Source: Parachlamydiales bacterium (GTDB lineage: Bacteria; Chlamydiota; Chlamydiia; Chlamydiales; Rhabdochlamydiaceae). Taken from it: DNA of 64,000 nucleotides. The stretch is from the NCBI GenBank assembly GCA_027316765.1, contig DAHVFY010000002.1, forward strand, positions 1,493 to 65,492, read 5' to 3'. Position 1 is the stretch's first letter. Each line of letters opens with the position of its first letter. Below the pieces are notes generated by a model, which was not told the origin of the DNA, ran no database searches, and was given only the letters and a program-made list of their open reading frames with translations. The position numbers and the translations under genes were made by a program. Positions 47,399 to 56,677 of the stretch are shown piece by piece.

Positions 47399-49576
47399 AT
47401 GTTCAAAAAGGAAGTTCCGATGAGTTATTTAAAAGAGTTTCTGACGCAAATTGCCAACCATGATTATCCTGCTTATCTTCGTTTATGGGAGGAGTATTGC
47501 GCCTCTGACGAAGTCGATGGCACAGAACTTTTGGAAATTCTCAAATCTGTTAAAGAATGTGAATTCAAAGACTCCTTTGGCCGCCACGTTGAGAGAATCC
47601 TTCCTCTTTGGATGAAAATCAAAGGTACAGAGATCGGTGATGAAGTCCTACGACTCCTCATCGATGTTCAAACTAGCAATAGTGAACAGCTCTATCAACT
47701 CACATGCGAACACCTCAATGAAAAATATGGAAAAGAGAGTACTTTTAATGAAAAATTACGCCTGATAGGATTGCGCAACAAAGAAAAATTTCAAGGAGCC
47801 ATCAGCAATTTTGAGCTACTGTCTCACATGAAGCCTGGAAACTTTGTATTTCACACCGGTGGCTGGGGCGTTGGAGAGATCATAGATGTCTCTATGATTC
47901 GAGAGCAGCTAAGTCTTGAGTTTGATTACGTTCCGGGTAAAAAAGATCTTTCTTTTGAAATGGCTTTCAAAACACTGATTCCCGTACCTAAAGATCATTT
48001 TCTTGCAGAAAGATTTGGAACACCAGATCTTCTCGAAAAAAAGGCTAAAGAAAATTCCCTTGAGGTCGTCCGCATGCTTTTGCGCGATCTTGGTCCTAAA
48101 ACTGCGGCTGAAATTAAAGATGAACTTTGCGATCTCGTTATTCCAGCAAAAGAATGGACGAGATGGTGGCAATCCGCGCGCGCAAAAGTGAAAAAAGACA
48201 CAATGATTCAATCTCCGGAAGATACACGCGAACCCTTCCGCATCCTCGGCAAAGAAGTTTCCCACGAACAAAGATTACAAAAAGCCTTAGAGACCAAACC
48301 GGATGCAAATACACTCATTCAAATGGTGTACAGTTTTTTCAAAGATTTTCCAGAAACACTTAAAAATGAAGAGTTTAAAGCAACTCTTCACTCCAAACTC
48401 AACGAACTTCTATCCTACGAAGAAATTACAAATGCTCAGAAGCTTCAAGTTCATTTCTTTTTAGAAGATCTTAGCAATGAAAAAGAGTCGCATAAAGTGG
48501 TTGAGCAGATCAAAAACCTTCAAAATATTGAAGAAATTGTTCAAGAAATTTCAATCCATTCATTCAAAAAGAGAACGCTTACGGAAGTGCGCAAGCTGCG
48601 TTCCGATTGGAAAAATATTTTCCTCAATCTCATCTTTGTCGTCGATCAAAGCACTTTGCGCGACTACATTCTCGGTGAACTCAATGAAGAGGAAACAAGC
48701 GCTGAGTTGAAAACTAAACTAGAAGAACTCTTGAACCATCCCTCTCGTTATCCAGAAGCGCTTATTTGGTACTTCCAAAAAATCACTTCTCAACCTAAAG
48801 CTATTTTTGCAGATTCTTTGGGCAAAAGCCGCTTCTTCGAAGCCTTTTTAATTCTTCTCAGCCATATTGAGCACAACAATGCTCAAAAAGATCTTGTGAA
48901 AAAAATGCATACGATTTTGTCAAATGGCAGGTATGCCATTATTCGTCAAATCATGCAAAGTGCTTCCATAGAAGAAGTTAAAGAATTCCTCCTTCTTGCA
49001 ACAAAGTGTCATTCCTTAAGCGATCATGATATCAAAATTTTCCACTCTTTAGCAGAAGTTGTACATCCATCTCTTGCAAAAGCTAAGAAAAAAGAAACTG
49101 CTTCGCATGACGCTCAAATCATCTGGACAACAAAAGAGGGCTACCAAAAACTTCAACAAAGAATTCAACAGATTGCAACTGTCGAAACTGTTGAAAATGC
49201 CAAAGAAATTGAAGTTGCAAGAGGTCACGGCGACTTAAGAGAAAATGCTGAATTTAAAGCCGCTCTTGAGAGAAGAGATCGTCAACAAGCAGAGCTTAAA
49301 CTTTTATCAGAACAACTGAATCGCGCGCGAATTCTTTCCAAGGACGACATCTCCACAACCGAAGTCGGTGTTGGTGCTATTGTTGAATGCAAGGGGCCAA
49401 AGGGCAACACCGTTACTTACACACTTCTTGGACCATGGGATGCTGATCCAGAAAAAAATATCCTCTCCTTCCAGTCGAAACTTGCGCAGGCAATGCAGGG
49501 ATTGAAGGTGGGAAATTCTTTCCATTTCCAAGGCGAAGAATTTATCATTACAGGAATTCGTGAAGCTTCTGTATAA
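47399..49576 (+). CDS. greA: Transcription elongation factor GreA with a ~570-aa N-terminal extension
   Basis: The last ~155 aa are GreA-like (RGHGDLRENAEFKAALERRDRQQAEL, then VGVGAIVE...YTLLGPWDADPEKNILSFQSKLAQAMQGLKVG). The N-terminal extension has no recognisable motif. Confidence 0.85.
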   Translation: MFKKEVPMSYLKEFLTQIANHDYPAYLRLWEEYCASDEVDGTELLEILKSVKECEFKDSFGRHVERILPLWMKIKGTEIGDEVLRLLIDVQTSNSEQLYQLTCEHLNEKYGKESTFNEKLRLIGLRNKEKFQGAISNFELLSHMKPGNFVFHTGGWGVGEIIDVSMIREQLSLEFDYVPGKKDLSFEMAFKTLIPVPKDHFLAERFGTPDLLEKKAKENSLEVVRMLLRDLGPKTAAEIKDELCDLVIPAKEWTRWWQSARAKVKKDTMIQSPEDTREPFRILGKEVSHEQRLQKALETKPDANTLIQMVYSFFKDFPETLKNEEFKATLHSKLNELLSYEEITNAQKLQVHFFLEDLSNEKESHKVVEQIKNLQNIEEIVQEISIHSFKKRTLTEVRKLRSDWKNIFLNLIFVVDQSTLRDYILGELNEEETSAELKTKLEELLNHPSRYPEALIWYFQKITSQPKAIFADSLGKSRFFEAFLILLSHIEHNNAQKDLVKKMHTILSNGRYAIIRQIMQSASIEEVKEFLLLATKCHSLSDHDIKIFHSLAEVVHPSLAKAKKKETASHDAQIIWTTKEGYQKLQQRIQQIATVETVENAKEIEVARGHGDLRENAEFKAALERRDRQQAELKLLSEQLNRARILSKDDISTTEVGVGAIVECKGPKGNTVTYTLLGPWDADPEKNILSFQSKLAQAMQGLKVGNSFHFQGEEFIITGIREASV

Positions 49577-49600
49577 TCGTTTTTAAAGGAGTGGACAAAG

Positions 49601-50206
49601 ATGGAACTTGTCATAGCGAGCAGCAATCTTCATAAAATTCGTGAATTTCGAGCCATTCTCAAAGCCACTTGTGATTTAGAATTACTCTCACTTCTTGATT
49701 TTCCAAGCTACTCTCCTCCGGAAGAAACAGGGAAAACATTTGAAGAAAACGCAACTCTCAAGGCCGTCCACGCAGCTTCCTACTTAAACCACTGGGTGAT
49801 TGCCGATGACTCTGGCCTTGTCGTCCCCGCATTACAAGATGCTCCAGGAGTCTACTCCGCTAGATATGCAGGTAATGAAGCAACTGATGCAGAAAACAGA
49901 CGTAAACTTCTTCACGAAATGCGCAATTTGAAAGATGAAGAACGGAACGCTTATTTCACATGCAGCATTGCCTTAGCAGCGCCAGAGGGTCTAAAAAAAG
50001 TAGTCACAGTCATCTGCGAGGGGTCTATTGTTAAAGAAGAACGCGGTGGCCACGGTTTTGGCTACGACCCTGTTTTTATCAAACATGACTATAGCAAAAC
50101 CTTTGCTGAGCTCGATGAAGACACAAAAAATCGCATTTCTCATCGAAGAAAAGCAATTGATAAACTCTTGCCCTTTTTAGAAACTATTCATGTTTTAATC
50201 GATTAA
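49601..50206 (+). CDS. rdgB: Non-canonical purine NTP pyrophosphatase (RdgB/HAM1)
   Basis: It contains VIASSNLHKIREF, ADDSGLVVPAL, GFGYDPVF and ISHRRKA. Confidence 0.9.
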   Translation: MELVIASSNLHKIREFRAILKATCDLELLSLLDFPSYSPPEETGKTFEENATLKAVHAASYLNHWVIADDSGLVVPALQDAPGVYSARYAGNEATDAENRRKLLHEMRNLKDEERNAYFTCSIALAAPEGLKKVVTVICEGSIVKEERGGHGFGYDPVFIKHDYSKTFAELDEDTKNRISHRRKAIDKLLPFLETIHVLID

Positions 50207-50667
50207 TGCACTATTTTGTGGATGGCTATAACCTCCTGTTTCGTCTTGCAAAGGATGAAACAAAGCCTTTACAAAATAAACGAGAGATCCTTCTTGCAGC
50301 ACTTGCTTCATTCAAACTCAATTTATCCATTGTTTTTGATAGTGCTTTGGCACGCCACGGTGCTCAAGAGCGCGGTCATTGGCAAGATATTGAAATTGTC
50401 TACACAGAACTTGGTCAATCAGCTGATGCCTATATCAAACAACAAATCATGGATTCTCCGACGCCCAGACAAGAAACAGTGATCACCTCAGATCGAGAAC
50501 TCGCTCGTATTTGTAAACATCTCGGTGCCCATGTACAGAGTATCGAAACTTTTGTCGGAAAATTAAATAACAAAAAATTAAAAATGCGCAAACCAAAAGT
50601 GCACCCTTTTAAAGAAAGTGACAAAGAAATCGAACGCCTTCTCAAAATCTTCGAAGAGCGTCTATAG
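50206..50667 (+). CDS. YacP/Rae1-like NYN-domain protein
   Basis: It begins with the N-terminal FVDGYNLLF and has SADAYI and TSDREL acidic motifs. It is about 150 aa. Confidence 0.6.
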   Translation: MHYFVDGYNLLFRLAKDETKPLQNKREILLAALASFKLNLSIVFDSALARHGAQERGHWQDIEIVYTELGQSADAYIKQQIMDSPTPRQETVITSDRELARICKHLGAHVQSIETFVGKLNNKKLKMRKPKVHPFKESDKEIERLLKIFEERL

Positions 50668-50669
50668 TG

Positions 50670-51683
50670 CTAATCAGTCGCAAGGACAGGCTCTAAAAGC
50701 TCCGTAGCAGTAAAATCAATCTCTTCCCAAGGGTACTCGATAAGAAGCTGGTGAATTTCAGCTGTAGATTTGGAACGATTAAGCGCCTCTCGCAATTTAC
50801 GCGCCCCCTTTCCATTTTTAAGATAAAAACAACCTACTCTGCGCATATCGGTTACAGCTTTTCGTTCATTTTGATAAGAAACAATATGTTGGAAATGCTC
50901 GAAAACAGCTTGTTTGTAGTCTAAAAATGTGCGTATGAGTGGGGGCTGCCCCGCAAGAATTCTATAAACATCTTCAATAATCCAGGGCTGTCCCATCGTG
51001 CCTCTTGCAATCAAAATCGCATCGCATCCCGTACTTTCAAAAAGCGCAAGAGCACTTTTGGCATCCATTACATCTCCATTCCCAATCACCTTGATTGTCT
51101 TGGCTGTTTCCTTACAAGCACGGATATAATCCCAATTTGCAGGTCCCTTATAGCCTTGAGATCTTGTTCTTCCATGAACACAAATTGCTTTCGCTCCAGC
51201 TTTTTCCGCAATCGAAACAATTTCAGTACAATTAATCTGGTTGAAATCCCAACCTATTCGAATTTTAACGGTAACGGGAATTTTGACAGCAGCTACCATA
51301 TTAGAGATGATTTCTCCAATCAAGTCGGGATTTCTTAAAAGCCCTGACCCACTTCCATCTTTTGTAACTTTATCTACAGGGCATCCGCAATTAAGATCAA
51401 GAACATCAAAACCAAGATCCTCGATGATCTTAGCAGATGGCCCTGCAAGTTGCGGTTTGCTTCCGCAGAGTTGAGCTCCAATCGGATGCATTTCTGTTTC
51501 ATAATCAAGAAGTCTGTAAGTATTAGGATCGTTTCGGACAAGCGCATCCATCTTGACCATTTCACAATAAATCAAACCGGGACGATAGCGCGCCGTCATC
51601 CTACGAAAAGGCAAATCAGAACAGCCTGCAAGGGGGGCACAAAAAATATTCGAAGAAAGCGGAAGCTCTCCTAAGTAAAACAT
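50670..51683 (-). CDS. dusB: tRNA-dihydrouridine synthase (Dus family)
   Basis: It contains APLAGCSDLPFR, LNCGCP, HGRTR and NGD. Confidence 0.9.
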   Translation of the reverse strand: MFYLGELPLSSNIFCAPLAGCSDLPFRRMTARYRPGLIYCEMVKMDALVRNDPNTYRLLDYETEMHPIGAQLCGSKPQLAGPSAKIIEDLGFDVLDLNCGCPVDKVTKDGSGSGLLRNPDLIGEIISNMVAAVKIPVTVKIRIGWDFNQINCTEIVSIAEKAGAKAICVHGRTRSQGYKGPANWDYIRACKETAKTIKVIGNGDVMDAKSALALFESTGCDAILIARGTMGQPWIIEDVYRILAGQPPLIRTFLDYKQAVFEHFQHIVSYQNERKAVTDMRRVGCFYLKNGKGARKLREALNRSKSTAEIHQLLIEYPWEEIDFTATELLEPVLATD

Positions 51684-51925
51684 TTAATTAAAATCACCTC
51701 TAAGAACTGCAGAACAAAAAAACCAAGCAATGGGCTTAAATCAAGGACTCCGCCAATTGGAGGGATTATCTTCCTGAAGATATTCAAGTAAGGGTCCGTA
51801 TAATAGGCGATAAATCTCATAAATGTCGAATGTGCAATACTTGGAAACCAAGAGCCCACAACTCGAATAAATAGCATGATCAAATAGAGATTTATAATCA
51901 ATTTAATAAGATAAATAACGATCAT
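51671..51925 (-). CDS. yggT: YggT family membrane protein
   Basis: This 84-aa protein has two TM segments and the pattern IRVVGSWFP...TDPYL...R...PPIGGVLDLSPL. Confidence 0.7.
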   Translation of the reverse strand: MIVIYLIKLIINLYLIMLFIRVVGSWFPSIAHSTFMRFIAYYTDPYLNIFRKIIPPIGGVLDLSPLLGFFVLQFLEVILIKCFT

Positions 51926-53187
51926 AATTTTTTATATTTATCATAAAGAGTTTTTGAATTTGTCATTAGATAATCATTTGTAATTTCATTTGATTCCCCA
52001 AAAATAATTTTCTTGGGTTTAACAAGATTCAAATAACGTTGTTTAAGATTCTTAAATTCATAATTATGAACCCATTCGCGGGCACCCACTGTCTTCTGCA
52101 AGTAATCTTGATAATTATGAAAAACATCTAAAAGAGCATCAGCGACATCATCCACTTCACAATCATAATGTTCACCACATACTTCTCCCCACCAATAAAG
52201 GGCAGGCTCTTCGATATTTGAAGGAATCACTCTAACATACCCGCTGTTACAGATTGTTGTTTGGGCTGTATTATTCGTTACAATCGCAGGAATTCCAAGA
52301 GCCATTGCCTCTCGAGGTTGAATCGAAAAGCCTTCACCCTTAGAAGGACTAATATAACAATCTAATGTTTTAAAATATTGCAAGTAAGCAGGATTATCAA
52401 GACGAAGGTCAGTAAATTCAACATTTTCTAAACCAAGAGAGGCTATCTCCTCCCTAATCTTATTAATAACATGCTCTTGCCCATATCTATAATTAATTTT
52501 CAAACGAACATCGGCACGGTTGCCAAAGGCTTTTGCAAAACCTTGAATAAGTTTAATATGATTCTTTCTCTCAAGACAGGAGCTTAAATAACCAAAAACC
52601 ATTGGTTTTTTAGATGCGGAGCGAAGAGGCTCTTCAAAAAAACCATCTAGATAAAGTCCAAGAGGCAACTCAAAAACAGGAATTTCTACACCAGAATTTT
52701 TATACACATCAATAAGGAAGCGATCCGGGACAACAATTGCATCAAAATGACGATTCATCGTAGTTGCCCAATCAGGAGGAATCTTTGTGGACTCAAGCAT
52801 TGAATACGCAATTCGAATTTGTTCAGAAGATGTTCTTCTAATTACTCTTTTCCAGGGTCTGTACCCAGGCATTTGAAAAGCATCTACAAGAATGGCTACT
52901 TTACTTCTATTTTTCCTGCCATTGGCTTTAATTATTTTGAGAACATCTTGAGGAATATCTGTAGGATCTGTTGCGCGTACTGGAAAATAAGCAATAGAAA
53001 CATCTTCTTTTAGGGCCTGCATCAATTCTACAGCCTGCCTTCCGATTCCATCTGCCATAATTGCTACGCCAAAAACCTTTAAGTGAACTTCCTTATATTT
53101 GTTCGCTATTAAAATTTTTTTCGTCACAACAACTACTGATGCAACACTACATACTACACCGAGTATCCACAAAATCAATTTTTTCAT
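51922..53187 (-). CDS. Membrane-anchored GT4-type glycosyltransferase, tandem paralog 1
   Basis: It has an N-terminal TM and SKGEGFSIQPREAMALGIPAIV (GT4 E-x7-E region). By eye, about half of aligned residues are identical to the adjacent gene. Confidence 0.7.
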   Translation of the reverse strand: MKKLILWILGVVCSVASVVVVTKKILIANKYKEVHLKVFGVAIMADGIGRQAVELMQALKEDVSIAYFPVRATDPTDIPQDVLKIIKANGRKNRSKVAILVDAFQMPGYRPWKRVIRRTSSEQIRIAYSMLESTKIPPDWATTMNRHFDAIVVPDRFLIDVYKNSGVEIPVFELPLGLYLDGFFEEPLRSASKKPMVFGYLSSCLERKNHIKLIQGFAKAFGNRADVRLKINYRYGQEHVINKIREEIASLGLENVEFTDLRLDNPAYLQYFKTLDCYISPSKGEGFSIQPREAMALGIPAIVTNNTAQTTICNSGYVRVIPSNIEEPALYWWGEVCGEHYDCEVDDVADALLDVFHNYQDYLQKTVGAREWVHNYEFKNLKQRYLNLVKPKKIIFGESNEITNDYLMTNSKTLYDKYKKL

Positions 53188-54464
53188 GATTTCCCATTAA
53201 TAATTTTCGTGTACTTTTGGTAAAGTTCTTTAGAAGTTGTCATTAAATAATTCTCTGTAATTTTATCTTCATCACCCAAAATTACTGTTTTGGGTTTAAC
53301 AAGATTTACATAAAAATTTTTCAAGTTTTTATATTCACAATTCTGAACCCATTCTCGAGATGCTTGCGCTTTTTTCAAAAACATGTCGTAGTTTGTATAA
53401 ACATCTAAAAGAGCATTTGCTACTTCATCTATTGAACAGGTATACCACACACCAAAACTCATATGCCCAAAATAAGGAGCCGGCTCACACTCATCTGAAG
53501 CCACAGCTCTCACAAGCCCCGTCTTACAAAGGGTTGACTGCGCAGTATTATCCGTCACGATAACAGGAATCCCCAAAGCCATTGCCTCCCGCGGCTGTAT
53601 TGAATATCCCTCTCCCTTTGACAAGTTCACCAAACAATCTAGTGTTTTGAACAGTTTTAAATATTCTGCACTGTCAAGAGGAAGCTGAGTAAATTCTACA
53701 TTGTGAAGACCTAAAAAGTCGATTTCTTTATTAATTAATCCTATTAAACTACGATCTCCTGAACGGCAATTAATACGTAAACGCGCATCGGGGCTGTCAC
53801 CAAAAGCTTTGGCAAACGCTCTAAGAAGGGTCAACTGATTCTTTCTATCTACGCAAGCTCCCAAGTTTCCAAACGTCAGCGGCTGATGCGCACAGCTTCG
53901 AAGAGGTTCTTTAGAAAACGCCTCCAGTTGGAGTCCAAGAGGCACTTCAAATACAGGCACACGAACGCCACATGCTTTATATACAGATACTAAAAAGCTA
54001 TCGGGAACAACAACAGCATCAAAATAGTTGTTAAAAATAAATACCCATTCATAAGGAATCATTGTGGACTCAAACATTGAGTACGCAATTCTTACCTGCT
54101 TTTTAGAAGTATGTCGAACAAACTTTTTATAAGAAGAGTGCTTAGGTAGCCAAACAATATCTTCTAAAATGGCAACTTTTCCTTTTGCCTTTCCTCCTTT
54201 CTTCAGAAAAGGAATCACTTCCTTAGGAACATCTCCCAAATGAACAGGATCTGTCGAAATGAAATTAATCGACATCTCATCTTTAAGAGCTTGGATCAAA
54301 TCAACGGACATTCTCCCGATTCCATCTTTCATATTCACTGCCCCAAAAATAGTCAAATCAGGATCCGTCCACCCATTCCACCCGTTATTATCGACATATA
54401 TCCATCCGAAAATAGCAGATGCCGAAAGCAAAACACCGAACATAAAAAACTGAAACTTTTTCAT
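53184..54464 (-). CDS. Membrane-anchored GT4-type glycosyltransferase, tandem paralog 2
   Basis: It has an N-terminal TM and SKGEGYSIQPREAMALGIPVIV. The start is at MKKFQFF (54464). It overlaps paralog 1 by 4 nt. Confidence 0.7.
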   Translation of the reverse strand: MKKFQFFMFGVLLSASAIFGWIYVDNNGWNGWTDPDLTIFGAVNMKDGIGRMSVDLIQALKDEMSINFISTDPVHLGDVPKEVIPFLKKGGKAKGKVAILEDIVWLPKHSSYKKFVRHTSKKQVRIAYSMFESTMIPYEWVFIFNNYFDAVVVPDSFLVSVYKACGVRVPVFEVPLGLQLEAFSKEPLRSCAHQPLTFGNLGACVDRKNQLTLLRAFAKAFGDSPDARLRINCRSGDRSLIGLINKEIDFLGLHNVEFTQLPLDSAEYLKLFKTLDCLVNLSKGEGYSIQPREAMALGIPVIVTDNTAQSTLCKTGLVRAVASDECEPAPYFGHMSFGVWYTCSIDEVANALLDVYTNYDMFLKKAQASREWVQNCEYKNLKNFYVNLVKPKTVILGDEDKITENYLMTTSKELYQKYTKIINGKS

Positions 54465-54602
54465 ATTTATCCTAATTGAATAAGAACTCATCTCTCTAAA
54501 ATAGACAGGTTCAAGTATCCAAATTTTTACTCTTTTTACCTAATTTAGGTCAAAAAAAAACATAGAGTTTATTGAAGCTAGTCGATACAATCTCGAGGTA
54601 AT

Positions 54603-56069
54603 ATGTATGCTTTAGGTTTACATGCAGACGGTCATCTTTTGAAGGTGGCTCTTTTACGTCGAGAAAAAGGTCAAATTTGTATTGAGCTTGTTCGAACGTT
54701 TAATCTTCAAGAAGTAAACGACGCTCTTTTCCTTTTAACTCCTATTCTTGCAAAAAAAAAGGCTGTTATTGTCACAGGATTAGATGCCTGGGAAGTCATC
54801 TTAAGAGACGTTGACATCAAGCTAAAACATAAAAAAGAAATTCTTTCCGTTCTTCCCTTTCAAAGTGAAGCTCAAATTCCTTATCCTTTAGAAGAGGCAA
54901 TTCTCGTTCCTTTCTTATCTAATTTGGGAAAAGAAGTTTCCTCCATTACAATTTTAGCGACAAAAAAAAAGTCGTTGCTCGAGCACTTAGAAAAAATGAA
55001 TGCCTATCAAATTGATCCTGATTGGGTATCGGCTATCCCGGCAGCTCTTTGGAGATATGCTAAATCTTACCTCTCTAAAGAACTCACTTCAATTCTACAT
55101 TTAGGAATGGAAAAAAGCTCCTACCTCTCTTTTTCAAATGAAAGGCTTGTTTTTTCCCAAACCATAAATTTCGGACTCAGTCATCTTCTTGATGCACTAC
55201 AAGAAGATGCACCAGAAAAAGAATTAGATGCCGTTAACTTTTCCTCCCTAAACTCCACAGAATTTCCGAAACTATCTCAAGCTTTGGAAAAATTCAAAAA
55301 AGAGCAGGAAAGGATTTTAGCATTTTTTGAAATAAAAGGACTCTCACAAGACTGGGCCCTTCTTGGAGATATTCCCCTATCTCTTAGACAATTTTTAGAT
55401 GGAGAGCAAAGAAAAGAAAAAGGGGATCATCCCTCTTACGCAATCCCTATTGGTCTTGCCCTCGATGCTATTTACCAAGACGAAAACTCTATACAGTTAA
55501 GACAAAATATTTATGTCTCAGAAGGTCAATTCAAAAAAAGGATGAAAAGTCTTGTTTTAAGTTTTTCAAGCATTGCTTTAGTTTTTTTCACTACATGGGG
55601 GAGCACTCATTTTTTCCTCAAAAAAAAAGAGGCTGCCTTGATCGAGCAAGCAGAAAAATATCGAGGAAAAAAGCTAGAAAAAAACCGCGAAGTTCTCCTA
55701 GAATCCTTACACGACTGGTCAAAAACTTTAAAAAACAAAAAAATTCCATTCCCTTACCAATTAACAGTTCCTAAAGTTAGCGATTTTCTCGCCTGGCTCT
55801 CTGTACACCCCAAGCTGAATCAAACAGGTGTTGAAATCAAAAAAATTCATTATTCTCTAGTTAAATACCCTCTTCTTGGAAAAACCAATATTCCCTATCA
55901 GGTCAAAGTAGAACTTGAATTTATCTCTGCATCCCCAACACTTGCTCGAGAGTTTCACGACAGTTTATTAAAAGGAGAGGGGCTTGTAAATCCAGGGCAT
56001 GAAATCGCTTGGAATGTCAATGAAAACAGATACTCGACAACTTTTATTCTTAAGGATTGTCCCCCATGA
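54603..56069 (+). CDS. PilM-PilN fusion / GspL-like bitopic protein (degenerate actin-like domain, TM, periplasmic domain)
   Basis: The N-terminus is YALGLHADGHLLKVALL and a second phosphate-like block is ILHLGMEKSSYLSF...INFGLSHLLDAL. These are followed by the TM LVLSFSSIALVFFTTWGSTHFFL, a coiled coil and an alpha/beta C-terminus. Confidence 0.4.
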   Translation: MYALGLHADGHLLKVALLRREKGQICIELVRTFNLQEVNDALFLLTPILAKKKAVIVTGLDAWEVILRDVDIKLKHKKEILSVLPFQSEAQIPYPLEEAILVPFLSNLGKEVSSITILATKKKSLLEHLEKMNAYQIDPDWVSAIPAALWRYAKSYLSKELTSILHLGMEKSSYLSFSNERLVFSQTINFGLSHLLDALQEDAPEKELDAVNFSSLNSTEFPKLSQALEKFKKEQERILAFFEIKGLSQDWALLGDIPLSLRQFLDGEQRKEKGDHPSYAIPIGLALDAIYQDENSIQLRQNIYVSEGQFKKRMKSLVLSFSSIALVFFTTWGSTHFFLKKKEAALIEQAEKYRGKKLEKNREVLLESLHDWSKTLKNKKIPFPYQLTVPKVSDFLAWLSVHPKLNQTGVEIKKIHYSLVKYPLLGKTNIPYQVKVELEFISASPTLAREFHDSLLKGEGLVNPGHEIAWNVNENRYSTTFILKDCPP

Positions 56070-56677
56070 AAAATGCTCGTGTTATCTGCTCTCATCCTTA
56101 TTTCTTCCTATCCGTTCTCGTTATCGCGACTCTTCCTATTATCTACTTGATTTTTTCCTTTTTCTCTTCAATGGCTGAACTTAATGAAATCAAACTTGCA
56201 ATCGATCAACTTCAACTCAAGGAACAAAGACTTCTTAATCGAGGACTTTCAGAAGAAAATTTCATTTCGAAAATGAAAAATGCTGATCATTTTTATATTG
56301 ATAAAAACTTGGAATCTCTTATTTTTCTAGAATCAGAAACAACTCAACTTGAATTTCAAACTGATCCTGTCTTCAAAAAAAGACTTCATTTCTTAACAGG
56401 AGGAGAAAATAAACTCCTCTTCGCTGAAGAAGGAATTCGACGTTGCGATATTTTTCAAGAAGTTGAAGAAAGACTTCAACATCCCGTGGAGATCGATGAA
56501 GAAGATCTTAAAAAAATTTTATGTTTCATTGAAGAGATCCCCATCTCCCCTTTTTCCCCTCCTACAAATGCTCCTCAGTTGATTATCAAAAACTTTGAGC
56601 TCGTTAAAAAAAGTATCGGTACAGACCAAGAAATTTACGTTGTTAATTTGAAACTCATCAAACGTGAAGGTATTTAA
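56057..56677 (+). CDS. Bitopic membrane protein, PilO/GspM-like topology
   Basis: It has an N-terminal TM (YFFLSVLVIATLPIIYLIFSFF), a coiled coil and a small C-terminal domain. It overlaps the upstream gene by 13 nt. Confidence 0.35.
   Translation: MSPMKNARVICSHPYFFLSVLVIATLPIIYLIFSFFSSMAELNEIKLAIDQLQLKEQRLLNRGLSEENFISKMKNADHFYIDKNLESLIFLESETTQLEFQTDPVFKKRLHFLTGGENKLLFAEEGIRRCDIFQEVEERLQHPVEIDEEDLKKILCFIEEIPISPFSPPTNAPQLIIKNFELVKKSIGTDQEIYVVNLKLIKREGI

Noticed and set aside
54752-55628. Three A9 homopolymer tracts lie in the PilM-like gene (54752..54760, 54962..54970, 55620..55628). Similar A/T9 tracts lie at 27438..27446 and 35753..35761. I considered these as phase-variation switches.
   Set aside because: They encode Lys-Lys-Lys or Phe-Phe-Phe runs, which are expected in an AT-rich genome. 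Nine-nucleotide A/T tracts are at the low end for slipped-strand switching, and there is no evidence of length heterogeneity from a single sequence.
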